Both the position numbers and the translations under genes were made by a program. Source: a virus. Taken from it: a stretch of 64,000 nucleotides of DNA. The notes under the pieces were generated by a model. That model worked only from the letters and a program-made list of their open reading frames with translations. It had not been told where the DNA came from and made no database searches. The stretch covers positions 1 to 64,000 of IMG/VR virus record IMGVR_UViG_3300034691_000040, one strand, 5' to 3'. This document shows, piece after piece, positions 54,743 to 64,000 of the stretch (positions within the stretch are counted from its first letter, which is position 1; the number at the start of each line of letters is the position of its first letter).

Positions 54743-55486
54743 TTAGTACTGTTTCACGTTGTCACCGATGAAACCTTCAATAAGAAGATTGGTAACGCGG
54801 TGGGTGCATTCGGCACGAGTTACGGTACCGTCCAGGTTCATGTCCAACCCGGCATTTTGAGCGTAACTGGTCGGCTGCTTGTCTTTAGACCACAGGACGT
54901 AATCGTCAGGCTTACCGACACCGGCCGGCCAAAGGATGGCCAGATAAGCATCACCGATATTATTCACTTTCCCCGCATACGGAGTGAAGTACTTCTCGAC
55001 GTAATCCAGTTGTTGCAACACCGTCATCGCACCCAACCGTTTACATGCCGCAATACCTGCGGCTTTCTTTTCATCGGCGGACATGGCGGCAATTTGAGCC
55101 GCAGTGTTGAAGTACACGATCGCAGTCGGCGGGATGAACTGAATCAGACCAGTCGCCCCGATGCCGTTTGTCTGTGCGGGATCAAAGCTACGACCTGTTT
55201 CGAAAGCGATATTGCCCATGATCCATTGAAGAGCTGCGGCAGGCCAGCGCAGGTTAGTGATCATCTGCTTCAGACGCGCTGTCTCGGCAGGACCGAACTT
55301 CACACCCCATGCCAGCTTGTTCACACCCAGAGGTTTACTTGGATCGAGCGTGGAGTTGATCAGGTCATTCAACGCTTTGACGGAACCTGCTCCCCAACCA
55401 CCATCGATTGCCAATGGTGGGTTGTAAAACCCCAGTGTCCTGAGCCAGGTCTGGGATTTCATCACCGTACTTTTTTGATCAGCCAT
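54743..55486 (-). CDS. Modular endolysin: peptidoglycan-binding domain plus lysozyme/transglycosylase-like domain
   Basis: QTWLRTLGFY...IDGGWG (PG-binding); FETG...GATGLIQF catalytic region; EF-hand-like DMNLDGTVTRAE. Confidence 0.85.
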   Translation of the reverse strand: MADQKSTVMKSQTWLRTLGFYNPPLAIDGGWGAGSVKALNDLINSTLDPSKPLGVNKLAWGVKFGPAETARLKQMITNLRWPAAALQWIMGNIAFETGRSFDPAQTNGIGATGLIQFIPPTAIVYFNTAAQIAAMSADEKKAAGIAACKRLGAMTVLQQLDYVEKYFTPYAGKVNNIGDAYLAILWPAGVGKPDDYVLWSKDKQPTSYAQNAGLDMNLDGTVTRAECTHRVTNLLIEGFIGDNVKQY

Positions 55487-55494
55487 GCGAGCCT

Positions 55495-56115
55495 CTACTT
55501 GGTTTTAAGGATACTGAGTGCTACCCGTACAGGATCAAACTCACCTGCTGGTAGTGCGGTTTCATCGAGGTGCTGTGCTGCACCGTCCTTCGTGTAATCA
55601 ATGCTGAGCGAGGCACTGATGCGAGTCAGCGGACTGCCTGCGACGGTATTGAAGGTGGCCGTCAATTCAATCTCATCAAGACCGGCAAACGTACCCATGG
55701 TCTTAGTGAAGATAGTGCCTTGCTCAAGCACCGTGTCTTTTTCGATACCTTCAAGCTTTACACCGTCCTGGCCGTGGTACCATTTCAAGTAGCTTTCGCT
55801 ACCCCAGTACTCAGCCAAGATAGGTGTCAGTACAGGTCCGCGAACCAGACAGTCAAACCACTCAGTACCATCCGGTGCTTTCAGGACCTCACCAGCGGCG
55901 TACTGAGGGGCGGTAGCCGGCATTTGAGTATATCGCATCACTTGGTATTCCATTACGCCCACAGCGGCGTTAGGACCCTTGGTGAGGTATCTGGCAGCGT
56001 GAATACGTGCAAGCTTCACACCATCGGCACTGTGGATCAGAAACAATCCACGGTCTAGACCGTCATACGGGTTTGTCACTTGTACGTTAATCGGTAATTC
56101 AGGTGTGGGTTGCAT
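55495..56115 (-). CDS. Hypothetical tail-associated protein
   Basis: Start moved to MQPTPEL (56115) to avoid overlap; last-but-one gene of the fibre operon. Confidence 0.65.
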   Translation of the reverse strand: MQPTPELPINVQVTNPYDGLDRGLFLIHSADGVKLARIHAARYLTKGPNAAVGVMEYQVMRYTQMPATAPQYAAGEVLKAPDGTEWFDCLVRGPVLTPILAEYWGSESYLKWYHGQDGVKLEGIEKDTVLEQGTIFTKTMGTFAGLDEIELTATFNTVAGSPLTRISASLSIDYTKDGAAQHLDETALPAGEFDPVRVALSILKTK

Positions 56116-56129
56116 GTGTGGTGCTTCCG

Positions 56130-57917
56130 TTAATTGATGCGGTTGATGGCGCCAGCGACGGTAAGTCTGAATTTGATTGCGTTTGTGATACCTGTAACGA
56201 TGCGGGGGGCACCAAAGATATCTTGCGCAGTCAAGCCAGGAATAATCACCCATGACGGATAGACGTATTCAAACACCTCATTACGCTGTGCATCGATGAT
56301 GCAAGGCGGTTGAGTGGTGAGACTTGCCTTTGCAGCGTTTGCGGACGCTGTGGTCTGAAAGATGTAAGCCGTGGTATCTGCACCAACGTACCCTGCTGTG
56401 AACTGACGAATAAACGACAAGTTACGAGCAGACTCACCAATCATGGTAAGCTTTTGAGTTGGGAACAAATCCTTTACATCACTGATAACATTGTTGATCA
56501 GGTTGTTACGATCAACATTGGCATACGCATCACGCGCCATCAGGGAGGTAGATTCAGCAAAATCAATCGAGGTGGCAATAGGTGGCTGATAACGATCAAT
56601 CGTCAACGTCTTCTTGTAACTAAAAGGCGTCGTCACATCAATCGTGAACACATCTTTATTGGCGACCGGAAATACATTGCTACCCGCAAACCAATTGAAC
56701 ACCGTACCCGTCTGATCATCGCGAATAAAGCTAGCGATCTTTTTACCATTACGAAGAATGTTGCCTCTCAGTGTGCCGAGACCTGCAGATTCAATGTACG
56801 GCAAGAAGTCAGAGTTTGGCTGAACGGTCTTATAGGTATCGCCGAGGTTATTCATCGCAGCATCACGCCACCAGATGAACTCACCGATAACTACGTTGTA
56901 CAGATATCTGAATGTGCGGGTAGTGCCGTCTTTCATAACGGCCAAGACAGACACAACGTATTTACCATCAACGTCGAAATTCAACGTAGGGGCTGTTTCC
57001 TTGGTGTACTCAGGATACGTCGCCACCACTACTTTCGATTCACTACCGCCAGCCTTCAGAGTGTCAGCGTTGGACATGCCATTATACAGCGCATGGTCAC
57101 CATAAGTCCGACGCAGGAACCCAATGTTTACAGGAACCCGGTCGTAGTTACCTGTGAAGAACGAACCGAAGTTACGCATGACCAAGTTGGCTGTTCTGTA
57201 AAACCCAGCGTTCCGGACATCGGCCTGTTCAAGGGTATCGTTTACATAGCTACCATGATCGGTGATGAAGATCAAACCGTTACCGGATTCACGGTAAGTC
57301 ACCATGTCCGTGATCGCCGCATCGGTAATCAACTGAACGCTGGTGTAGTTTGAACTCATCATCAATACGCAAGCGTACTGGTCCATCTCCGTAAACGTTG
57401 GTTGGAGTTGATTGCCCCCAGCATAGGACCGTTGGTCTTTAAACGTGGGTGTGAATCCAGCTACTCGGCAGATACCGGACAGTGAGTTAAAGAACCCATC
57501 GCCTCGGTTACCGTCCATCAGCGAGTAATAGTTACCAGGTGTTACATCCCCCAGCAGCAAGATCTTCTTGTTACCGATCGCTACCTTGGCAGGGTTGGCG
57601 CAAAAGTGAATAGCGTTGTGCAGGTACTTACCCGCGCCACTCAATGCGTCAAAGTTTGAAGGCTTGGCGGGGTTACCACTAGCGTTATAAAACTTTGGAA
57701 ACCCGCCATCGTACACAACGTTACCGCGACCATCCTGCGTTACAGCCAGAAATGGGTTAGGTGGCGTGAGGGTGTCGTATGCGATATACCGAGACATGGT
57801 CGGCTGAGGACCATTGACCGTATAACTGAACCGATCAACTTCAGCATCAAGCGACCAGTTCAGAGAGATCGCATTGTGATACAGACCACCTGGTAAAGTA
57901 AGCTCAACTTCAGCCAT
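56130..57917 (-). CDS. Tail-associated protein with class I glutamine-amidotransferase-like fold segment
   Basis: MDQYACVLMMSS...ITDAAITDMVTYRESGNGLIFITDHG pattern; lies in the fibre operon. Confidence 0.5.
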   Translation of the reverse strand: MAEVELTLPGGLYHNAISLNWSLDAEVDRFSYTVNGPQPTMSRYIAYDTLTPPNPFLAVTQDGRGNVVYDGGFPKFYNASGNPAKPSNFDALSGAGKYLHNAIHFCANPAKVAIGNKKILLLGDVTPGNYYSLMDGNRGDGFFNSLSGICRVAGFTPTFKDQRSYAGGNQLQPTFTEMDQYACVLMMSSNYTSVQLITDAAITDMVTYRESGNGLIFITDHGSYVNDTLEQADVRNAGFYRTANLVMRNFGSFFTGNYDRVPVNIGFLRRTYGDHALYNGMSNADTLKAGGSESKVVVATYPEYTKETAPTLNFDVDGKYVVSVLAVMKDGTTRTFRYLYNVVIGEFIWWRDAAMNNLGDTYKTVQPNSDFLPYIESAGLGTLRGNILRNGKKIASFIRDDQTGTVFNWFAGSNVFPVANKDVFTIDVTTPFSYKKTLTIDRYQPPIATSIDFAESTSLMARDAYANVDRNNLINNVISDVKDLFPTQKLTMIGESARNLSFIRQFTAGYVGADTTAYIFQTTASANAAKASLTTQPPCIIDAQRNEVFEYVYPSWVIIPGLTAQDIFGAPRIVTGITNAIKFRLTVAGAINRIN

Positions 57918-57926
57918 GATAGCTCC

Positions 57927-58820
57927 TTAGGAAGCTCTAGGTACGTCAACGCGCACAAAGAACTCCAACGGTGTGGTGAAGTAATTGACCAGCGTGATCT
58001 TACCCTCGGGGGTAATTGCTTGGGTCAGAACGTTTTCGGTATTGATCATCATGTTGAATGTTGGTGAAGCCGAGTTCGGGTTTTGGACACGCGTGGTGAT
58101 GCGCGCTGCCATCATGTCCCATTCAAGGTACCCGGTACCAAGCAGTGTCTTCATGTTGTAGTTTACGGTACCGCCGGCAGGAATCGTGATCGTTTCACGC
58201 ACGATAGGTTTAACGCTATCGCGCATCCCCTGGATCACACCGTTCCAGTACGTGTCACGGTCCGACAGCTGCTTAAGCAACAGAGTGCGAGAAGCGCCAT
58301 CACCTTCACGAATAGCGGCAGCGATGTCGTATTCCGATTCAACCAGGTACTTCATCCCGTACAGGTCGTAGACGTCGTGCAGGTGAGGTGCCGCTGCGAA
58401 CATGGCGGGTACGCCAACAAGATCGCCCCAGTTTACCTGACGATTATCGTTAAGCAATGCTTCGATGGCCTGCTGGATAGCGTAGTACGAATAAGAGAAC
58501 TCGCCACCTACGTATTGCACTGAGGCAAGGATTTCAGTACTGACGTCAGGGTTGACAATCTGAACGGCCGTATAGACAGCCTGCCCGGCACGGTCGGAGG
58601 CTTCTTTGTACTTGTGGACCAGTCTGTAATCAAGCACTGGTTTCAGTTCAGCGCCGGTGGCAGCGTCAATGAAGACAGCGCTGTTGCCAAAGAAGGGACC
58701 GTAGTCAGCGACGAAGATACGGCCGACGCGAGTACCGATCGTGTGAGCTTCGCCAACCACCTTGTTATTGATGCTGTTACCAAGAAGGTCTAACGGGTAT
58801 TTAAAGATCGTGTTAGCCAT
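57927..58820 (-). CDS. Tail-fibre anchor-domain protein
   Basis: YPLDLLG...NKVVGEAH N-terminus paralogous to 59706; PHLHDVYDL motif. Confidence 0.7.
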   Translation of the reverse strand: MANTIFKYPLDLLGNSINNKVVGEAHTIGTRVGRIFVADYGPFFGNSAVFIDAATGAELKPVLDYRLVHKYKEASDRAGQAVYTAVQIVNPDVSTEILASVQYVGGEFSYSYYAIQQAIEALLNDNRQVNWGDLVGVPAMFAAAPHLHDVYDLYGMKYLVESEYDIAAAIREGDGASRTLLLKQLSDRDTYWNGVIQGMRDSVKPIVRETITIPAGGTVNYNMKTLLGTGYLEWDMMAARITTRVQNPNSASPTFNMMINTENVLTQAITPEGKITLVNYFTTPLEFFVRVDVPRAS

Positions 58821-58890
58821 GAAAGAAGGTCCCTACGAATATAAAGAAGTAACGCCACCGGCTGCCGGTGGCGAGTTACTAATGATGGGG

Positions 58891-59694
58891 TTATTGAATG
58901 GGGCCTCGGATATCGCCTTGAGTTGTGATGGTCAACAACCCGTTGGATACAATTGCTGCGCCCGCCGCACCGCCCGGACCGTAACGGTTATCGCTACTGC
59001 CGATCGCACCGCCACCACCACCAGGTTGTCCAGGTGCGCCGCCATAACCCACTCCGTAACCGCTGGTATTACCGCCAGCCGTTTGACTACCAGCCGTGCC
59101 GGGGTAGGTATATCCAGGACGCCAGGTAATCGCACCACCTTGACCACCCAATAAACCAGAACCACCGCCACCAGGGCCGTTGTTGTCGTTACTACCACCC
59201 CATTCGGCTGAGCCACCGCCACCGCCACCGCCACCCCAAATCTTCGCTCCGTTCTGGAGTTCAGTGGGATAGTCGAGGAACAAAGCCATCGACCCTGCTT
59301 GACCTTGCACGTAGCTCTTATCGCTGTTAAACCAACCGCCCTGACCGCCCATACCCTGGATCACCCCATTGTTCTGGATGATCAGCACGGAGCCCTCAGG
59401 GAACACACCTGTCTTCAACGACGGTACGCCCCAGGTGTTAGAACCGATGTTGCCGTTGTTAATGAAGATGTACGTAGACGGCGTGTCGATTTCCCCGAAC
59501 AAGTCTTTAATGTTCAGGTTATAACCAGTGCCTGTCCAAGTGTAGTAAACAACGCCTGGCCATACTTCTTTCCAACCAGCCTCTGTTTTTACAGAAACCT
59601 TTTTAGCAGCGACCCAATCGCCATTCTGTTTAACGAATGGCTTTTTAACTTTGGAGAACGCTGCATCAGCGGTTTTGATACTGATGCTAGGCAT
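58891..59694 (-). CDS. gp38-like polyglycine adhesin (tail-fibre tip)
   Basis: Trp-rich short N-terminus, IFINNG.I / LIIQNNGVIQGMGGQGG beta-helix, then GGGGGGG, GGGGSG, GGAPG, GGAAG glycine motifs. Confidence 0.75.
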   Translation of the reverse strand: MPSISIKTADAAFSKVKKPFVKQNGDWVAAKKVSVKTEAGWKEVWPGVVYYTWTGTGYNLNIKDLFGEIDTPSTYIFINNGNIGSNTWGVPSLKTGVFPEGSVLIIQNNGVIQGMGGQGGWFNSDKSYVQGQAGSMALFLDYPTELQNGAKIWGGGGGGGGSAEWGGSNDNNGPGGGGSGLLGGQGGAITWRPGYTYPGTAGSQTAGGNTSGYGVGYGGAPGQPGGGGGAIGSSDNRYGPGGAAGAAIVSNGLLTITTQGDIRGPIQ

Positions 59695-59705
59695 GCCCTA
59701 ACTCC

Positions 59706-61049
59706 TTAGATCTGGAACCAGACGTCACCGACTACCCCAACAGCCGCTGTTGGCAAGGCTGTCGAAACGAACAAGTCTCGGTCACCCATGTTACCAATGC
59801 GTTTGAATGCCAGTGGTGTAGTGCCTACGGTGATGGTACCCTTGGTGGTCAAGTTCCACTTAGTACTACCAAATTTGGCACCGCCCGCTCTGACTTTAAC
59901 AAGCAGACCATCGAGGATTGGATAATCGACACGTTTCCACGCACCGGAGTCAACGACGTACAGCCCATTTTCAATAGCGTTAACCTGACCCGCTGCCAAC
60001 ACCGTAGTGCGTGCGCCGAGGACCTTGTTATCAATGGTCTGCAAGTCAGCCAGTGTGATCTGGGTATCGGAGACTGAATCCACCGTGTATTGGTTCAGCA
60101 CCAAGTTAACCGTGTTGCTAACCACTGCCGCAAGATCACTGTTGAGATCAGCAAACATCTGGTCAATTTCACGGGTGCTGTAGGTGTTATCGCTGAAGTA
60201 CGTCTTGGTAACGTAATCGTCCAATGCGTTCTTCAGCAGGTACCGTTGATCACCCGCTACCTTAGTAACGTAATCATCCAGAACAGTGGAGTTACCATCC
60301 TGAAGATCCTTGATCAATGCCCGGAGAGTCGTGTCGAGGTCGGTCAGCTTGCCATCGGTCTGACCACGGGTGTAATAGTTAGCAAACTGCTGCTGGATCA
60401 GGATATTGTAAGCAGCGATCAGCTCTGGCGTCATGTCACCTGGGAGATGAGGCGGATTATCCAACCAATCCTGGGTGCGTTCACGGATAGCTGCAGCGAT
60501 GTCGTAATTGGAAGCGATCAGTTCTTTGGCGCCAGTAACGTCATTGATGTCGTGGTCATGCGGTAACGCTGGAAAGCGGTCAGGCTTCTCGGCTACTTCC
60601 TCAAACGACAGCGTACGGGGGTCAGCTGCGCGGTTAGAAAGGATCTCAAGAATCTTGTTCTCGTTGAGGGTCCACGTACCGCCAAGAGTTTGGTATTTCT
60701 CAAGCGCCACCTGACCGCTCAGCGTTGGATCAAAGAACATGATGCTGGCGTAAATACCGCCCTGCCGGCCTTCTGTTTCTTTACTGGCGTCAATGAACTT
60801 ATGACCCACGGCATAGTGAATGCCGCGATACAACAACTGACCAGACGCAATGTGTCGAAGCACAACGCTGTCACGATAGAAAGGTGCGGCGAACGGGATG
60901 ATGAAGTGAAAGCTAATTTCCCCGTTGTTTTCCTCTGGAGTCGGCGGCGGATTCAGCGTTTGACGCTCGTTCAGGACCAGGTTCGTAACAGCCGACCCGG
61001 TGATGTCTAACGGGTACAAGTAGTTGGTGACATTTTCGCCAGCCATCAT
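59706..61049 (-). CDS. Tail fibre protein
   Basis: YPLDITG...NLVLNE anchor domain, coiled-coil, TQITLADLQTIDN...ENGLYVV...WKR fibre domain, C-terminal VSTALP...GDVWFQI. Confidence 0.8.
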   Translation of the reverse strand: MMAGENVTNYLYPLDITGSAVTNLVLNERQTLNPPPTPEENNGEISFHFIIPFAAPFYRDSVVLRHIASGQLLYRGIHYAVGHKFIDASKETEGRQGGIYASIMFFDPTLSGQVALEKYQTLGGTWTLNENKILEILSNRAADPRTLSFEEVAEKPDRFPALPHDHDINDVTGAKELIASNYDIAAAIRERTQDWLDNPPHLPGDMTPELIAAYNILIQQQFANYYTRGQTDGKLTDLDTTLRALIKDLQDGNSTVLDDYVTKVAGDQRYLLKNALDDYVTKTYFSDNTYSTREIDQMFADLNSDLAAVVSNTVNLVLNQYTVDSVSDTQITLADLQTIDNKVLGARTTVLAAGQVNAIENGLYVVDSGAWKRVDYPILDGLLVKVRAGGAKFGSTKWNLTTKGTITVGTTPLAFKRIGNMGDRDLFVSTALPTAAVGVVGDVWFQI

Positions 61050-61125
61050 TTAATCTCCATTGAAAATATGAGCACTGGCGCCAATTAAACGCCGAGCATA
61101 TTATTTTTTAACAGGGTAGGTCTCT

Positions 61126-62394
61126 ATGTACAGCTGCGTAAAAGCATACACCCGTTCTAACGTACCGGGTTCTAAATTCAAAGAAATTGCTGCTGGTTTC
61201 GCACTGGCTTCTGTACGGTCCTATCTTGAACAAGGTGATTGCTATTTAACACTCACCAACAACGCTAGCCAAAATACCTACTTGCTAAACCTTGTAGATG
61301 CTTCAGATTTGATCTATACCAAAAGTCCAGATATCACGATCGCCCAATGGCTCGTGGCAATTGGCGACACCACCTTACCTGTTGTGATCATTGACCCCAC
61401 GAAGTTCGGCATTAAGAAAAACCTGATCAAGTACAATGACCTGATCAATGCGGGATACGACCCTCAGCTCGCACACCCAACCATCGGTGCGGGTACTGAA
61501 CTTCCTTACTCCGAACTGACAGACATCACCATCACTAAAGCGGGTGCTGACTATCTGAAGGTTGTGCGTAACTGCCTCTTTACAGTCAACGGGTTACTGC
61601 ACATCGCAGACCATTCCACCAACGGCATCCGTGTGACTGATGCAGGGCGTTCCGTCTACCACTCTAATGCAAATCAGCTTAGCATTATCAGCCTTCAGCA
61701 ACTGGGGCAGATTACCTGCCTACCTGTCACAAAAGAAATGCTCAAACCGCTCACACCAGAGGGTAAATTAAAGGATGGGTTCAGCATCTCATTCGGTCAA
61801 GACATCGATTTATCGAACAAAGTCGTCATGATGTCACTGGGTGGCGTGCTCCACCACTCTAATCAGTGCTACCAACTTCAAGGCGATCATTCAATGATTG
61901 TCCAGTGGTGGAAGGTGCCTTTCCGCCGGCGGTACTTCGACACTAAAAAGTTTATCGACCTTAAGTCATTTGAAGATACCATCACCCGTAACCCTGCCCA
62001 TCATGACACGCTCGACATCACCAAGGCGTTGTCAGATGAATCCATCAGCGCGTACATGGAGCTGTCACAGACCTTCGTTATCCTACTGGATGCGAAGTCG
62101 ATGTACTACAGCCTTGATGAAGTGGAGCAGACCGATCTGCCAGGTCGTTACTACACCTATTCGAGACCTTCCGTTCCATTGCTGCTGGATAATGGGTTCC
62201 TGGCTGAGTATGTAGCAATACCGGAAAATGGTACATGGGTCTTGGCTATTGATAACGGCTATAACTACAACTATTACGGTCAGACCAAGCCGTCAGAGTC
62301 CAATGATTATATCCCAGACGCCGAGGTGTCGAATAAACCATTTCAGTACTGCCGTGGGTGGCTGCTTGAAATGGGGAGTGAATACCTAGGCTAA
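61126..62394 (+). CDS. Conserved virion structural protein
   Basis: 422-aa ORF with NCLFTVNGLLH and SLGGVLH motifs; located between fibre and spike genes. Confidence 0.6.
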   Translation: MYSCVKAYTRSNVPGSKFKEIAAGFALASVRSYLEQGDCYLTLTNNASQNTYLLNLVDASDLIYTKSPDITIAQWLVAIGDTTLPVVIIDPTKFGIKKNLIKYNDLINAGYDPQLAHPTIGAGTELPYSELTDITITKAGADYLKVVRNCLFTVNGLLHIADHSTNGIRVTDAGRSVYHSNANQLSIISLQQLGQITCLPVTKEMLKPLTPEGKLKDGFSISFGQDIDLSNKVVMMSLGGVLHHSNQCYQLQGDHSMIVQWWKVPFRRRYFDTKKFIDLKSFEDTITRNPAHHDTLDITKALSDESISAYMELSQTFVILLDAKSMYYSLDEVEQTDLPGRYYTYSRPSVPLLLDNGFLAEYVAIPENGTWVLAIDNGYNYNYYGQTKPSESNDYIPDAEVSNKPFQYCRGWLLEMGSEYLG

Positions 62395-62396
62395 CC

Positions 62397-62432
62397 GCAT
62401 AGCGCCGCAGGCCATTGCCTGCGGCGCTATGC
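62397..62432. terminator. Bidirectional hairpin (CATA...TATG family)
   Basis: Perfect 16-bp stem GCATAGCGCCGCAGGC-CATT-GCCTGCGGCGCTATGC. Confidence 0.8.
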
Positions 62433-62436
62433 TGCA

Positions 62437-62703
62437 TTAGCTACTGCAATTGAACCATGGCTGTCCATCAGTGACGTCACCGCATGTCGCAGCATTACCG
62501 GCGATACAAACGGGGATTCCATTGATTTTAAAGAAGGTCGATCCTTGAGCCATCTTAGGTCCTTGGTGAGGACCATTGCCGTGAGAGGCAACCGTATCAC
62601 CCAACACAGATACTAACGCACCAATCGCCTTGCAGAAGGTCTGACCCCCACCTTGCTGCAGACCCCCGGCTGAGTTAAGCCCAACTAATGCAACACCTGG
62701 CAT
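62437..62703 (-). CDS. PAAR-like spike tip protein
   Basis: 88 aa; SHGNGPH, GSTFFKINGIPVCIAG..ATCG metal-binding pattern; directly after the spike gene. Confidence 0.85.
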   Translation of the reverse strand: MPGVALVGLNSAGGLQQGGGQTFCKAIGALVSVLGDTVASHGNGPHQGPKMAQGSTFFKINGIPVCIAGNAATCGDVTDGQPWFNCSS

Positions 62704-62712
62704 GATGCCTCC

Positions 62713-63582
62713 TTACCCTTTATTGATATCTACAGTAGGAGAAGTGATAGCGACATTACCAGCATCGGCTTTGTAAGTGCTACCGCCACCGTCGATTAGT
62801 ACATCCGTACCTGCGGTGAGCTTAAAACTCTTACCGATATTGACAGTGCCGTTGTTACCCGCAGTGATTTTCAAATCGCGTGTAATGTTAGCGATCAGGT
62901 CCTGAGGGGCAAACATCTTGATGTCTTTCTTATCCAGCTTAACAAAGGTACCTTTATCGTTCTGAAGGTGGATAAGGGAAAGAGCGCTGACAAGATTGAT
63001 CAAATTACCGACGTCATCCGTCAGGTTGAATTCACCTTTCTTGGTGTCGAAATACATCTCGTACAAGAACGGTTCACCATCGGACTTAGACGTACAGAAA
63101 GCCAGTCGTTTACTGTGGGTCGAAAACTCAATCCAGTACATGTTTTCAGGAGTGAGTGAATTAGCATTTTCGTCCTGTGTGTTAGAGATACCGATGATGA
63201 TAGTCTCAAGCTTGAACAGGCCATGGTCAAGACCCATGTCTCTCCAGTAGTACTTGTCTTCATCGGCCGCCTGAAGGATCTCGACGCGCACACCTCTTCG
63301 CACATCAGGAGGGGTTAGGCGGTTACTGCATGCGCCAGGTAGCCATTGCGCCTTGATCGTGTTAGTGCCGACGATAGCACCTTTAACTGAAACGCCATCC
63401 TGGTCCTTAGTCTCATACTCCATGACGGTGGCATTTTGAGTCATCTCACCATCGCGCATACCGATCCATTCGGTTGGGATGATTTCAACGTCAGTGCAAA
63501 AACTACCATCGGCATTGGTGATAGGTTTGTTACCATCAATACGACCTTGACCGACTGTGCGGAATACAGATACTTGACTCAT
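62713..63582 (-). CDS. Baseplate central spike protein (phiKZ gp164-like)
   Basis: NRLTPPDVRRGVRV OB-fold region, C-terminal beta-helical repeats ending ITSPTVDINKG; start moved to MSQVSVF. Confidence 0.8.
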   Translation of the reverse strand: MSQVSVFRTVGQGRIDGNKPITNADGSFCTDVEIIPTEWIGMRDGEMTQNATVMEYETKDQDGVSVKGAIVGTNTIKAQWLPGACSNRLTPPDVRRGVRVEILQAADEDKYYWRDMGLDHGLFKLETIIIGISNTQDENANSLTPENMYWIEFSTHSKRLAFCTSKSDGEPFLYEMYFDTKKGEFNLTDDVGNLINLVSALSLIHLQNDKGTFVKLDKKDIKMFAPQDLIANITRDLKITAGNNGTVNIGKSFKLTAGTDVLIDGGGSTYKADAGNVAITSPTVDINKG

Positions 63583-63652
63583 CTCAACACCTTGTAAATA
63601 AAAGTTAACGAAACACACTGATAATACAATGACAATGTGCCGAGTATAAGCC

Positions 63653-64000
63653 ATGTTTTTCGAAGAAATTATCATGAACCAGTGCAACCGTACTGCACTC
63701 AACGGTAAAAACTCGTTCACCATTCGCCCTACCGAAAAAGCCCAAATGGTTCTAGGTACTAACGGTAGTGGCAAGTCTAGCCTCATAGAGATCGGCTTCT
63801 CTCCACTCCCTCCCGAGATTACAGACTTCGACGATGGCGGATCTTTGATTCAAACGGTCTTTCATAAAGGCCATCGTTATCGTCTCGAAAACCACCTCAG
63901 CGGTAAGTGGACGTATTCATTTTCAATCGATGGTGGCGAGAACCTGAATAAGGGGCGTAACGTCACCGCACAGCTGGAGTTGATTAAGCACCACTTGGGT
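63653..64000 (+). CDS. sbcC: SbcC/Rad50-like SMC ATPase (partial, runs off window; not in ORF track)
   Basis: MFFEEIIMNQCNR...QMVLGTNGSGKSSL Walker A at the N-terminus. Confidence 0.85.
   Translation, partial: MFFEEIIMNQCNRTALNGKNSFTIRPTEKAQMVLGTNGSGKSSLIEIGFSPLPPEITDFDDGGSLIQTVFHKGHRYRLENHLSGKWTYSFSIDGGENLNKGRNVTAQLELIKHHLG

Noticed and set aside
59150-59240. ACC/GCC-rich low-complexity tract as a microsatellite or contingency locus
   Set aside because: It encodes the polyglycine motifs of the adhesin with mixed codons and is not a perfect repeat.
63583-63786. N-terminal extension of the spike ORF in the track
   Set aside because: It overlaps the divergent SbcC gene and promoter region; the start at 63582 fits better.
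1-64000. CRISPR array or stop-codon reassignment
   Set aside because: No regularly spaced direct repeats; standard-code ORFs tile the window densely and end with all three stop codons.

Overview
This window comes from a phiKZ-like jumbo myophage (Chimalliviridae-like). The call rests on the conserved run DnaB-like helicase / major capsid protein / N-terminal half of a split RNA polymerase beta subunit / RuvC / baseplate protein / portal / modular endolysin / tail fibres / PAAR tip / central spike / SbcC ATPase, and on head proteins carrying S/A/G-X-E prohead-protease motifs. All family calls come from motif recognition and remembered synteny; no database search was run. Layout: 0-12.5 kb accessory and head-cargo genes (GIY-YIG endonuclease, SF2 helicase, HD hydrolase, tandem GNAT, ART-like domain) plus ORF-free structured segments; 12.5-26.7 kb array of paralogous tail-fibre-like genes with three lectin-like modules; 26.8-32 kb early accessory operon; 32-64 kb core morphogenesis and replication genes. 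Strongest unexplained signals: (1) ten accessory genes whose Shine-Dalgarno is locked in a covarying 5-bp/NNGG-tetraloop hairpin, a candidate translational regulon; (2) two multi-hairpin ORF-free RNAs sharing a GU-rich 3' motif; (3) a 27-nt early-promoter-like motif in five copies; (4) about 17 intergenic hairpins ending in TATG; (5) enzymes (ART-like, 2xGNAT, CYTH) flanked by head-protease motifs; (6) a fibre protein with three 17-aa repeats encoded among three lectin-like paralogs. No tRNA, rRNA, CRISPR array or reverse transcriptase was seen.
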